The notes beneath the pieces were generated by a model. That model was not told where the DNA came from. It ran no database searches and worked only from the letters and a program-made list of their open reading frames with translations. Shown in pieces: positions 9,240-18,692 of a stretch of 64,000 bases of DNA. The DNA comes from Candidatus Omnitrophota bacterium (GTDB lineage: Bacteria > Omnitrophota > Gorgyraeia > Tantalellales > Tantalellaceae). Location: contig WJMG01000091.1 of assembly GCA_014728075.1 (NCBI GenBank), positions 13,181 to 77,180 of the forward strand, in the 5' to 3' direction. Made by a program: the position numbers and the translations under genes. Each line of letters begins with the position of its first letter. Within the stretch, counting starts at the first letter, position 1.

Positions 9240-11489
9240 TTGATAAAAATGGATCAGGTTAGAAAGAACGAAATAGTAGCTGTAGGTCTTTTCGCGCTGA
9301 GCCTTTTTCTGTTCCTCAGCATATTCACTTTCAGCGAACAGGATATAGCGCTTTTCACGAGCGATCCCAACCAGACGGCCCAGAATGCCACAGGTATCGT
9401 CGGAGCCTATGTGGGGGGCTTCCTGGTGTTCCTTCTCGGGATGGCATCTTATGTTATTCCTCTTCTGGTGCTGGTATGGGCTTTCACAAGGCTCCTGCAG
9501 TCCCGCCCGTCAAAGTTGTTCATGAAACTTTTCGGCACCGCGGTCCTGGTGACCGCGGTCAGCGCCAGTCTGAGCATGATGGCCGATTCCAGCAGGGTGA
9601 TGGCTTTCCGCAAGGGAGGGCTTATAGGTTCGCTGTCATCCGAGTTCCTTCTCGAGTACCTCGGCAGGGTAGGCGCAAATGTTTTTATAGGCGCCATGAT
9701 AGTCCTTTCCGTCCTGGCGGCTACAGAATTCCTTATACTCCCTCTCCTTATGAGCGTGATCAACTTTTTCAGGGACCTGCCCGCCAGGGTAAAACAGACT
9801 TTGCCCGAGGGACGGGAAAAAGAGGAGTCTGAGACCGTCAGGCAGCGAGTGGCGTCCGCCAGGGCCGAGATATCGAAGAAGATAAATGACATGAAAGCAC
9901 GCGCGGAACAGGCAAGGCAGGAAGCCGAAGAAAAGAAAGCAGAGCTGAAAGCCCTTAAAGAACGCACCGCCGCCCCGGAGCCCAAAATAGAGACATCCAG
10001 GACTTCCCCGAAAGCCGCGCCCGCTCCCGAAAGGGTAGCTCCCGTTTCAGACGGCAATACGGGGCAGAAGATAGATTACAAAATACCCTCCATACAGATC
10101 TTGAGAGCCCCTAAAAAGGTCAACATAAAGGAAAGGGAGAGTGACCTCAAGACCAAGGCCGCGATACTGGAAAGGACCCTGCTTGAGTTCGGGGTAGAAG
10201 CCAAGGTGGTAAAGATAAACAGGGGACCTGTTATTACTATGTATGAGCTTGAGCCTGCCGTAGGCACCAAGGTTAACAGGATAACATCCCTGAGCGATAA
10301 TATATCCCTGGCGATGAAATCCGCTAACATACGGATAGTCGCTCCGCTTCCCGGGAAGGGTACCATAGGCATAGAAGTTCCGAACGCCAAAAGCGAACTC
10401 GTTCGTATGAGGGATATACTGGAGACTTCGGAATATGCCGGGAACGAAGCTCCGCTCAAATTGGCTATCGGTAAGGACATAGGCGGGACACCGATAATAC
10501 TTGACCTGGCCAAAATGCCTCATTTGCTCATAGCGGGGGCTACGGGGTCGGGGAAGACCGTATGCATCAACTGCATAATAACCAGCCTTCTTTTCAACTC
10601 CACGCCCGACGAGGTCAAATTTCTCATGATAGACCCGAAAAGAGTTGAGTTGATGCCCTTCGAGGGTATACCCCATCTCGCTTCTCCTATAGTCACCAAT
10701 CCCAAAAAAGCGGCATCGGCGCTTAACTGGGCCATTTCGGAGATGGAAAGGCGTTACGAGGTATTCGCCGAGAAAGGTGTGCGTAACATAACCGCCTACA
10801 AGGAACGCATGGAGGAAGATGACGAGAACCTTCCTTACATTGTCATAATAGTCGATGAACTTGCCGATCTCATGATGGTGGCTCAGCAGGATGTCGAGGG
10901 GTCCATAATGCGTCTCGCCCAGCTCTCCAGGGCTGCCGGTATCCACATGATACTGGCCACGCAGCGGCCTTCGGTAAATGTCATCACGGGTACGATAAAA
11001 GCGAACTTTCCCGCCAGGATCTCCTTTAAGGTAGCTTCCAAAGTGGATTCCAGGACGGTTCTTGACGCCAACGGAGCCGAAAAGCTCCTGGGCAGAGGCG
11101 ATATGCTCGTAATGGAGCCCGGTGCCGCCGCTATCACCAGAGGACAGTGCAGCCTCGTTGAGGACGGTGAGATCAGGCAGGCAGTAAAGAACATAAAGTC
11201 ACAGGCAGGCCCCCGGTACATAGAGGAGGCCGTGGAGAAGCAGGAGACCAAAGCGGTCGGTGTGGAACAGGAAAAGGATGATCTTTACGACGAAGCCGTC
11301 AAGATAGTGGTGACCACGAAACAGGCTTCCGTTTCAATGGTCCAGAGAAAGCTTAGAGTAGGGTATACCAGGGCCGCGAGAATGATAGACATCATGGAGG
11401 AAGAAGGCATAGTCGGCCCGTACAACGGGTCCAAACCCCGGGATATACTCATCGAGGATATAGACGATCTCGTTGAACAGGAAAAATAA
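9240..11489 (+). CDS. ftsK: DNA translocase FtsK
   Basis: N-terminal TM region, PHLLIAGATGSGKT, DELADLMM, ATQRPS, C-terminal gamma domain. Confidence 0.97.
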   Translation: MIKMDQVRKNEIVAVGLFALSLFLFLSIFTFSEQDIALFTSDPNQTAQNATGIVGAYVGGFLVFLLGMASYVIPLLVLVWAFTRLLQSRPSKLFMKLFGTAVLVTAVSASLSMMADSSRVMAFRKGGLIGSLSSEFLLEYLGRVGANVFIGAMIVLSVLAATEFLILPLLMSVINFFRDLPARVKQTLPEGREKEESETVRQRVASARAEISKKINDMKARAEQARQEAEEKKAELKALKERTAAPEPKIETSRTSPKAAPAPERVAPVSDGNTGQKIDYKIPSIQILRAPKKVNIKERESDLKTKAAILERTLLEFGVEAKVVKINRGPVITMYELEPAVGTKVNRITSLSDNISLAMKSANIRIVAPLPGKGTIGIEVPNAKSELVRMRDILETSEYAGNEAPLKLAIGKDIGGTPIILDLAKMPHLLIAGATGSGKTVCINCIITSLLFNSTPDEVKFLMIDPKRVELMPFEGIPHLASPIVTNPKKAASALNWAISEMERRYEVFAEKGVRNITAYKERMEEDDENLPYIVIIVDELADLMMVAQQDVEGSIMRLAQLSRAAGIHMILATQRPSVNVITGTIKANFPARISFKVASKVDSRTVLDANGAEKLLGRGDMLVMEPGAAAITRGQCSLVEDGEIRQAVKNIKSQAGPRYIEEAVEKQETKAVGVEQEKDDLYDEAVKIVVTTKQASVSMVQRKLRVGYTRAARMIDIMEEEGIVGPYNGSKPRDILIEDIDDLVEQEK

Positions 11490-11490
11490 C

Positions 11491-12267
11491 ATGCCGACCC
11501 CCAAGGAAATAGGCAACATTTTCAAGGAAGCCCGGAAGAAGAAGGGCTTAAGCGTCCTCGAAGCGGCTCACAAAAGCCGGATACTGGAAGAGGTGGTCAG
11601 GGATATCGAGACAGGTGTTTTCGACCGCCTCGGCAAACCTTATGTGAAAGGCTTTCTCGGGAAATACGCTAAATTTCTCGGGCTGGACGCCGATGATATA
11701 ATAGACCAGTACAGCTCGATATCTTCAAGGATCCCTTCAAAAGAACTGGATTTCGGACAGGACCCTAAGGAAAAGAAGGTCGATGTTCTTCCCGGGTACA
11801 GAAAAAAAAAGGTACAGGCGGCGATCGCTCTTTCCTTTTCGGCGCTTGTGGTCGTGTTCGTAATGTATCTTATAGGTTCCGCCCGCTCCAGGTCGGCAAC
11901 GAACGGCGGGAGGCGAATAGAGAGCGGGACCGCCGCGGAGAGACGCTCTTTATCCGTGAAACCGTCCGAAAGAACGGCTGTTACCCGTGACGGCAATTAC
12001 GAGCTTACGCTGAACGCCACCGGCGAGGTATGGGTGCAGGTCAAGCGGGGTGAGAACACGGTCTACGCCGGGATCATGCAGAGAGGTGACGCCAAGACCT
12101 TCTCCGATGACGGGCCGCTTACCGTCCTGACGGGAAAAGGGGAAGAACTGGAATTCGCTTTTAACGGCACGGACCTCGGCGTAATAGCCGAAGGTGTGGT
12201 CAAAGACATACGGGTCTCATCTGACGGTATAAAGGTCGGTTCAAGATGGGCAGTCCGGGGAAAATAG
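11491..12267 (+). CDS. rodZ: RodZ-like protein (HTH, TM, periplasmic DUF4115-like domain)
   Basis: N-terminal HTH with YVKGFL..YA..LGLD, single TM, VWVQV motif; ftsK-rodZ-rimO-pgsA synteny. Confidence 0.8.
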   Translation: MPTPKEIGNIFKEARKKKGLSVLEAAHKSRILEEVVRDIETGVFDRLGKPYVKGFLGKYAKFLGLDADDIIDQYSSISSRIPSKELDFGQDPKEKKVDVLPGYRKKKVQAAIALSFSALVVVFVMYLIGSARSRSATNGGRRIESGTAAERRSLSVKPSERTAVTRDGNYELTLNATGEVWVQVKRGENTVYAGIMQRGDAKTFSDDGPLTVLTGKGEELEFAFNGTDLGVIAEGVVKDIRVSSDGIKVGSRWAVRGK

Positions 12268-12281
12268 AACAGGCTCTCGAA

Positions 12282-13619
12282 ATGTCAAAGATATATCTCT
12301 TAAGCCTTGGGTGCCCGCGTAACATGAACGACAGTGAACTTCTGTTGTCCATGCTGGAAAAAGAAGGGTTCTCCGTTACCGACGACCCTGTCTCCGCCGA
12401 TGCCGCGATAGTGAATACCTGCGGGTTCGTGGAAGACGCGAAGCGTGAATCCATAGATGTGATTCTGCGTCTCGCGGAGTTGAAAAAAAAGGGTGACATC
12501 GAGCGCATAGTGGTAACGGGATGCCTTTCCCAGAGGTATCCCTCGGAACTGATGGATCAGATAGGCGAGATCGACGCTGTTTTCGGCACTTCCGATTTTC
12601 TGAAGATACCTTCCATGCTGGGCCTTGTCTTTTCGGGAAAAAGAATAAAAGAGGTCAACCCGGAACCGGATTTCCTTGACGACGGGACCACGGGCCGAAA
12701 GATCCTTACACCGCCCCATTACACTTATGTGAAGATACAGGAAGGCTGTTCCAACAGGTGTTCGTACTGTGTAATACCGGCCTTGAAGGGCAGGAGGAGG
12801 AGCAGAACGCCTTCTTCCATTATAACCGAGGTCCGGAGGCTTGTTTCTTCCGGAGAGGTCAGGGAGCTTATACTGATAGGGCAGGATACCACCTCGTACG
12901 GCATGGACCTGGGCCGGGAAGTACGGCTTCCCGCTCTATTGAGGGAGGTCTGTGCCGCTGCCGGAAATACCTGGGTAAGGCTTCTTTACACTCATCCCGC
13001 GCATTTTACCGATGAACTTACGGAGGTCGTTTCGGAAACCCCTAACCTCCTGAAATACATAGACCTGCCGGTGCAGCACATAAACGACAGGATACTGCGG
13101 GAGATGAACAGGTCCGTCAGCGGCGGGGAGGCGCGTTCGTTGATAAACGGCATCAGGAGACGGATCAAAGGCGTGGCGCTCAGGACTTCCGTAATAGTGG
13201 GGTTTCCCGGGGAGACTGAAAAAGAATTTTCGGAACTTCTTGATTTCCTGAAGGAAGTACGGTTTGAACGCCTGGGGGCGTTCGTTTATTCGAGGGAGGA
13301 AGGATCGGCCGCCGCGGATATGCCGGGCCAGGTGCCGGATGCCCTGAAGAAAGAGCGGTTTGACAGGGTGATGACCCTTCAAAGGGACATCTCCGCCGAG
13401 AACAACGCCTCGCTTATCGGTAACGAACTCGATGTTCTGATAGACGAGCCCGCCGGGGAAGGGCGTTATGCGGGGAGGTCCTATATGGACGCGCCCGAAG
13501 TGGACGGTGGCGTGTTCGTTCTGGGCGAGGGGCTATCCGCGGGTGACCTGGTAAAGGCCAGGATAACTGGAGCCATGGAATATGACCTGGTAGGAGAACT
13601 GACAGATGAACCTGCCTAA
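12282..13619 (+). CDS. rimO: Ribosomal protein S12 methylthiotransferase
   Basis: SLGCPRN, NTCGF, CSNRCSYC radical SAM motif, DAPEVDG, TRAM domain. Confidence 0.95.
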   Translation: MSKIYLLSLGCPRNMNDSELLLSMLEKEGFSVTDDPVSADAAIVNTCGFVEDAKRESIDVILRLAELKKKGDIERIVVTGCLSQRYPSELMDQIGEIDAVFGTSDFLKIPSMLGLVFSGKRIKEVNPEPDFLDDGTTGRKILTPPHYTYVKIQEGCSNRCSYCVIPALKGRRRSRTPSSIITEVRRLVSSGEVRELILIGQDTTSYGMDLGREVRLPALLREVCAAAGNTWVRLLYTHPAHFTDELTEVVSETPNLLKYIDLPVQHINDRILREMNRSVSGGEARSLINGIRRRIKGVALRTSVIVGFPGETEKEFSELLDFLKEVRFERLGAFVYSREEGSAAADMPGQVPDALKKERFDRVMTLQRDISAENNASLIGNELDVLIDEPAGEGRYAGRSYMDAPEVDGGVFVLGEGLSAGDLVKARITGAMEYDLVGELTDEPA

Positions 13620-14196
13620 TAAGCTCACCATAGCCAGAATAGTTCTAGCGTTTATATTCATGGTGCTTCTTTTCTGTAATTCCGTGACCTGCAAAGTTCT
13701 GGCGCTGCTTACCTTTCTGGCGGCCTCTTTCACCGATTACCTGGACGGCTTTATCGCCAAAAAATTCAACATCACATCCGATTTCGGGAAGATCATGGAC
13801 CCGGTGGCCGATAAGATCCTTACCATAGCGGCTTTTCTGGCTTTTGTGGAACTGAAGCTCGTACCCGCCTGGACGGTAGCTGTCATAATTCTTAGAGAAC
13901 TGGTTATCACGAGTATGCGCCTCAGGGCCCTTCTGGACAGGGAAGTCCTGCCTGCCGGAATGGCGGGCAAACAGAAAACGGTCTCTCAGATCGTTACTAT
14001 AGTGGCGATACTGGTGTTTATAGTTTTTAAGGAGACAGGAGTAAGGGCTTTCGGGTTCTGGAACGAAACATTCGAGTACTGGTACAGGCAGGGGATATTC
14101 ATCATGATGCTTGTTACGGTCGCTCTTACTCTTATAAGCGGGTTCTCCTATATGCTGGGCAACAAGAAATACCTTTTCGGTAACGGCAGGATGTAA
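13606..14196 (+). CDS. pgsA: CDP-diacylglycerol--glycerol-3-phosphate 3-phosphatidyltransferase
   Basis: NLPNKLTIAR and TDYLDGFIA..GKIMDPVADK motif. Confidence 0.95.
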   Translation: MNLPNKLTIARIVLAFIFMVLLFCNSVTCKVLALLTFLAASFTDYLDGFIAKKFNITSDFGKIMDPVADKILTIAAFLAFVELKLVPAWTVAVIILRELVITSMRLRALLDREVLPAGMAGKQKTVSQIVTIVAILVFIVFKETGVRAFGFWNETFEYWYRQGIFIMMLVTVALTLISGFSYMLGNKKYLFGNGRM

Positions 14197-14639
14197 TGAA
14201 GAACCTTCACGAGAACATTTCCACTCTTTTCGGTCTTGGCAGGATCCCTTTCGCCCCGGGCACATGGGGGTCGTTCGCGGGCCTGCTGGTCGCTATAGTC
14301 TTTCGCGGGAGTCCTCTTTTGCTGGGTCTGCTTTTCGCTCTGCTTTTCCCCCTGGGAGTATTCTCCTCAGGGGTGGCCGAAAGACGCGCCGGGAAGAAGG
14401 ACCCTTCCGATATAATTATCGATGAATTTGTATGCATCCTGCCGATCTTCATAATAACGCCCGCGGAACCTTTTTACTTCGCGGCGGGTTTCCTTTTTTA
14501 CAGGCTGATAGACATTATCAAGCCACCTCCTTTGGGCTATTGTGAAAAGATAAAAGGAGGATGGGGGATAATGCTCGACGATCTCGGCGCCGCCGTATAT
14601 ACGACCGTTATATTACGGCTGCTTTCCCTTCTGATATGA
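14196..14639 (+). CDS. pgpA: Phosphatidylglycerophosphatase A
   Basis: APGTWGS, DPSDIIIDE, RLIDIIKP, GIMLDD. Confidence 0.93.
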   Translation: MKNLHENISTLFGLGRIPFAPGTWGSFAGLLVAIVFRGSPLLLGLLFALLFPLGVFSSGVAERRAGKKDPSDIIIDEFVCILPIFIITPAEPFYFAAGFLFYRLIDIIKPPPLGYCEKIKGGWGIMLDDLGAAVYTTVILRLLSLLI

Positions 14640-14688
14640 ACCACATATAGACCCACATCTATACATACTTGTCAGTTTTTCCCCTGGC

Positions 14689-14716
14689 TTGACACCTCAT
14701 TTTTTCCCTGTATACT
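14689..14716 (+). promoter_or_regulatory. Sigma70-type promoter upstream of the signalling operon
   Basis: TTGACA 14689-14694, 16-bp spacer, TATACT 14711-14716; second candidate TTGTAT 14784 with TATAAT 14806. Confidence 0.65.
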
Positions 14717-14933
14717 CAAAATACCTTGATAATTTATAACAAATCACATCAATAGCTACCTGTAAATATAGAAAAGCGGTGAATTGTATAAAAAGTAACG
14801 GCTTTTATAATTCTTGAACAAGGACTTTATAATGATAATTTATATGCTGCATATCTTCAGGCATATGCTGGAACATGTTGATATCCAAAGATATAGAAAA
14901 ACGGGTTCAGGGAACTCCGATCAAAATACCTTG
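14716..14933 (+). repeat. 13-bp direct repeat TCAAAATACCTTG (two copies)
   Basis: Exact copies at 14716-14728 and 14921-14933 in the same intergenic region. Confidence 0.8.
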
Positions 14934-14963
14934 TAAATTCAAATCGAATAAAGGGGTGGGAGA

Positions 14964-15149
14964 ATGATAAGTACGGTTATGACTGTCGAGGAACTCGCTA
15001 AATACCTCAAAATGAAAGTGGTTACGATCTATAAGCACGCTCAGGAAGGGAGAATACCGGGTTTTAAGGTAGGGTCCAAATGGCGCTTTAAAAAAGAAAC
15101 CATAGATGAATGGATCAGCCGGCAGGAAAGGCGTACCGGCCAATTTTAA
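14964..15149 (+). CDS. Small excisionase-like (HTH_17/MerR-like) DNA-binding protein
   Basis: MTVEELAKYLK...G RIPGFKVGSKWRFKKETIDEWI; SD GGGGTGGGAG. Confidence 0.88.
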   Translation: MISTVMTVEELAKYLKMKVVTIYKHAQEGRIPGFKVGSKWRFKKETIDEWISRQERRTGQF

Positions 15150-15162
15150 AGAAAGGATTCCC

Positions 15163-16536
15163 ATGGATTTTAATATCGCAGAAATAGATAATAGGAATAC
15201 TCCTAGAGTTCAATTAAATCTTCCTATTAAAATAAACAACAATAAGGGAGAAACAATAGATTTTAATGAATTAGGAATGGGATTTCGTACGCTAAATAAG
15301 ATTGAAAAAAGGGATTACAATGCAGAAATTAAACTAGATAGTGGGTGCATTGATTTTAATATTGAGATAATTTGGTCAAAGAAGGATAAAAAGTCAAATA
15401 CATACATCCATGGTGCAAAATTTTCAGAAATAAACCCTGTTAAGTTACAAAAAATAAGAAAAAAAGTTATTATCACAAAGTTGAAAAACACTATTAAATC
15501 TTTTTCTCTAAAAGCAGATAAGAAAGACTTAATGAGATTTTCAAAAGAAGTCTTAGCTTATTTGTCTTCCTTATATCATCTCTCAGAAAAACTAGATTCT
15601 GGCAATATGAGAGTTAAAAATGCATCAGAATTTTTAAAGACTAGAACAGACAAGGTGATGGAGGAAGCTAAAATTTTTCAAGATTCGATTAATAATAAAC
15701 TATTGGAGAAAAAAGCCAAAAAAGATTTTCGTGACCTGACGAGTTCTTGGGCCTATAAAGGGTTTATTGTTAAGAGATCTTTTGATAAGCCTCGAGGGTA
15801 TCCAGGTGATTTTAGGATAATGGAATATATTTATGACGAGATTTTAATATCAAAAGGGATTGGCCAGTGTTTTGATGTGTATTTCCAGAATAATGAATAT
15901 GCAGAAGCTGTTAGGAAAAGAAAAGACTGGATGAGGAGATATTTGGAAAATTTCATATCGGAAAAAAATAAGAAAAACATAAATATTTTAAATATAGCTT
16001 GTGGATCAAATCGAGAAATCAGAGAACTTTTGCATAATAAACCTTATGTTTATACACATCTTTCTGAAAAAGGAAAGAAAGTGATTTTGAATTTATTAGA
16101 TCAAGATAATGAAGCATTAGCCTTTTCTAACTTAAATCTAAAGTCTTTTAATCGTTTCGTTGACATAAGATTGCTTGATAATGATATTATGGATTTAACA
16201 AAAGAAAATGAAGTTCAAATTAATCAAAGCATGGATTTGATTTATACAATTGGATTGGCAGATTATTTACCAGACAGAATCTTGGGAAAGTTGCTCAATA
16301 GATGTGTGGATAATTTTTTAAAAAAAGATGGGAAGTTAGTTATTGCTCATAAAGATATTTCTCGTTATAGACCTATGCCTCCAAACTGGTTTTGTGATTG
16401 GAATTTTTATTCAAGAAATAAAGATGATTTAAATAATCTACTAAAAAAACATGTTGGATTTGATACTGTTGATGTTCAGTATTACAGAGATGATACTGGA
16501 ATTATTATTTTCGCAGAGTTGACAAAAATAAAATGA
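15163..16536 (+). CDS. PilZ domain fused to class I SAM methyltransferase, PhcB-like (candidate signal synthase)
   Basis: RNTPR...DFNELG...IIWS...GAKF PilZ pattern; KPRGYPGDF, AEAVRKR, ILNIACGS, LDQD, DLIYTIGLADYL, W..DW....R; SD AAAGGA before ATG 15163; very AT-rich. Confidence 0.75.
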   Translation: MDFNIAEIDNRNTPRVQLNLPIKINNNKGETIDFNELGMGFRTLNKIEKRDYNAEIKLDSGCIDFNIEIIWSKKDKKSNTYIHGAKFSEINPVKLQKIRKKVIITKLKNTIKSFSLKADKKDLMRFSKEVLAYLSSLYHLSEKLDSGNMRVKNASEFLKTRTDKVMEEAKIFQDSINNKLLEKKAKKDFRDLTSSWAYKGFIVKRSFDKPRGYPGDFRIMEYIYDEILISKGIGQCFDVYFQNNEYAEAVRKRKDWMRRYLENFISEKNKKNINILNIACGSNREIRELLHNKPYVYTHLSEKGKKVILNLLDQDNEALAFSNLNLKSFNRFVDIRLLDNDIMDLTKENEVQINQSMDLIYTIGLADYLPDRILGKLLNRCVDNFLKKDGKLVIAHKDISRYRPMPPNWFCDWNFYSRNKDDLNNLLKKHVGFDTVDVQYYRDDTGIIIFAELTKIK

Positions 16537-18692
16537 ATTTTCTAGCCTTTACTGGATTAATTAACTTTATTACCTGTATCGCTTTAGGTCTTTTTGTTCT
16601 TTTGAAAGGATTTAAGTCTCGCCAAAATATCACATACTTTTTTTTAAATGTAAGTGTTGCTGTTTTTAGCTTGGGGTATTTTCTCTGGCAAATAACATCC
16701 GATCTTTCAGCTGTTCAATGGTTTAAGTTATTAGTGGTAGGTATTATTTTAATTAATCAAGCATATCTTATTTTTGTGTTTACTTTTTTAAATATAATTA
16801 AACGCCATAAAGTACCATTGACCATATGTTTTGCATTGAACTTATTTTATATCTTTGCAAATTACAAAGGATGGTTGTACCAAGATTTTCTAAATAAATT
16901 CGAATTAGGTATTTGGCCGATTCCAACAAATTTATTTGTGTCATATCTTATTTTTTGGGTTGTTCAATGTGTTTATGGGTTTATTTATTTATTTATTAAT
17001 GCAAATAAAGGCTCAACGAGAAGAAGATTGCAAATAAGGTATTTCACAATAGCGGCAGTTGTTGGATTTCTGGGAGGCGCGACTAATTGGCCTATTTGGT
17101 TCAATATATATTTTCCTCCGTACGGTAATATCTTAATAAGTTTATATATCGCAATTGTTGCTTATGCAATTGTTAGGCATCAATTGATGGATATTAGCGT
17201 AATTGTAAAGAAAACGATAGTTTTTGCCGGTTTGTTTATAGCTTCGTACGCGGTTTTTGCAAGTTTTGCTTATATCGGTCTAGGCGTTATAGAAAACTTT
17301 ACTAAAAATAGATGGATAGCAATGCTGCCTTCGGTATTTGTTGTAGTTGTTATGTTGCGGCCGTTAGAGAGTTTTTTGAGGAATGTTACCGATAAATTCC
17401 TCTTTCAAAAAAAATACGATTATAAGACATTGCTCAAGACCTTTGCCGACGATGTCCTGATGGTCCTTGACATGAACGAACTTGTCAACCTTACCGTTAA
17501 TAAATTAACCGAGATCGTAAAGCTGGAGAACGCCACGATCTTGCTGAGCTCGGGGGAAGACGGCGATTTTAGCATAGTGGCCAGTTCCGGAATGGAGGAC
17601 CCCGAATATGAAATAACTTCAGGTTCCGGGATAAGCGATCTGCTTATGACAAAACCCGATTATCTTCTTTTTGAGGACTCCTCCGATACCGATAACTATG
17701 ACAATGAAGTCAGGCGTGCTATGAAAGACCTTCAGGCCCGGCTTCTTATCCCGCTTGTCCACAGGAACCAGGTAGTGGGGCTGCTTACCCTTGGAAAGAA
17801 GAAGTCTGATGAGGAATTCAGCCAGGACGACATCGATATCCTTCTTCCCATATCAAGGACGCTTTCCATAGCCATCGCCAACGCCAGGCTGTTCGAGCAG
17901 CTATCCGAAGCCCAGGCACAGGCGGCGCAGAGGGAGAAAATGGCCGTTATAGGCACGCTTTCGGCCGGGATCAATCACGAGATCTGCAATCCCCTGGGTA
18001 TCGCCAGGGGGCAGTGCGAGATGTTCCTTCTTAACCTTAAAGAGGGCCTTTACGACGCTAAAGACCCCGAAGAGCTTCTTTTGAAAGCCCGGGAGATAAT
18101 GGAGAAGGTCATAACCGAAACCGACCGGGCGACCGTTATTACACGCAAGCTTTCCTCCTTCGCCAAACCGGCAAAGGGGAACCTCCGGGAAGGCGTAGTC
18201 GTGGCCGAGGAACTGAGAGAGGTGATTTCGCTTCTCGAGCATGATCTCAGGCTGGATAATATAGAGATCGTAGAGGATTTCGGCGGCGATGTCCCGCCGA
18301 TAGTCGCCGACAAAAAACAGCTTCAGGAGATATTTTTCAACCTGATAAGGAACGCGGCCCAGTCGATCAAGGCGGAGGGCGCGATAATACTGCGGACCCG
18401 GTCTGACAGGGGCAGGGTTTCTGTCGAGATAGAGGATACGGGAGAGGGAATAAGTGAAAGCAACCTTAAGCGCATATTCGATCCGTTCTTCACGACAAAA
18501 GACCCGGGTAAAGGCACCGGTCTCGGGCTTTTTATCGTCAAGCAGATCGTTGAGAGGAACAACGGCCGAATATCGGTTGCCAGCGAATCCGGGAAGGGGA
18601 CCGTGTTCTCGGTCGTATTCGGTTCCGTTAAGGGCGCAGGCCTTTTTGCCGGCGGAGAGGACGGCGGGAAAAGAAAGGTAGCGGTTAAATGA
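16533..18692 (+). CDS. Sensor histidine kinase: multi-TM (HisKA_7TM-like) sensor, GAF, HisKA, HATPase
   Basis: About 290 aa hydrophobic N-terminus; GAF; AGINHEICNPL H-box; NLIRNA, DTGEGI, FDPFFTTK, GTGLGL. Confidence 0.92.
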   Translation: MNFLAFTGLINFITCIALGLFVLLKGFKSRQNITYFFLNVSVAVFSLGYFLWQITSDLSAVQWFKLLVVGIILINQAYLIFVFTFLNIIKRHKVPLTICFALNLFYIFANYKGWLYQDFLNKFELGIWPIPTNLFVSYLIFWVVQCVYGFIYLFINANKGSTRRRLQIRYFTIAAVVGFLGGATNWPIWFNIYFPPYGNILISLYIAIVAYAIVRHQLMDISVIVKKTIVFAGLFIASYAVFASFAYIGLGVIENFTKNRWIAMLPSVFVVVVMLRPLESFLRNVTDKFLFQKKYDYKTLLKTFADDVLMVLDMNELVNLTVNKLTEIVKLENATILLSSGEDGDFSIVASSGMEDPEYEITSGSGISDLLMTKPDYLLFEDSSDTDNYDNEVRRAMKDLQARLLIPLVHRNQVVGLLTLGKKKSDEEFSQDDIDILLPISRTLSIAIANARLFEQLSEAQAQAAQREKMAVIGTLSAGINHEICNPLGIARGQCEMFLLNLKEGLYDAKDPEELLLKAREIMEKVITETDRATVITRKLSSFAKPAKGNLREGVVVAEELREVISLLEHDLRLDNIEIVEDFGGDVPPIVADKKQLQEIFFNLIRNAAQSIKAEGAIILRTRSDRGRVSVEIEDTGEGISESNLKRIFDPFFTTKDPGKGTGLGLFIVKQIVERNNGRISVASESGKGTVFSVVFGSVKGAGLFAGGEDGGKRKVAVK

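Noticed and set aside
14720-14960. c-di-GMP riboswitch in the long leader of the signalling operon
   Set aside because: No recognisable class I (GGCAAAC/GCAAAG) or class II consensus; an Rfam scan would be needed to exclude it fully.
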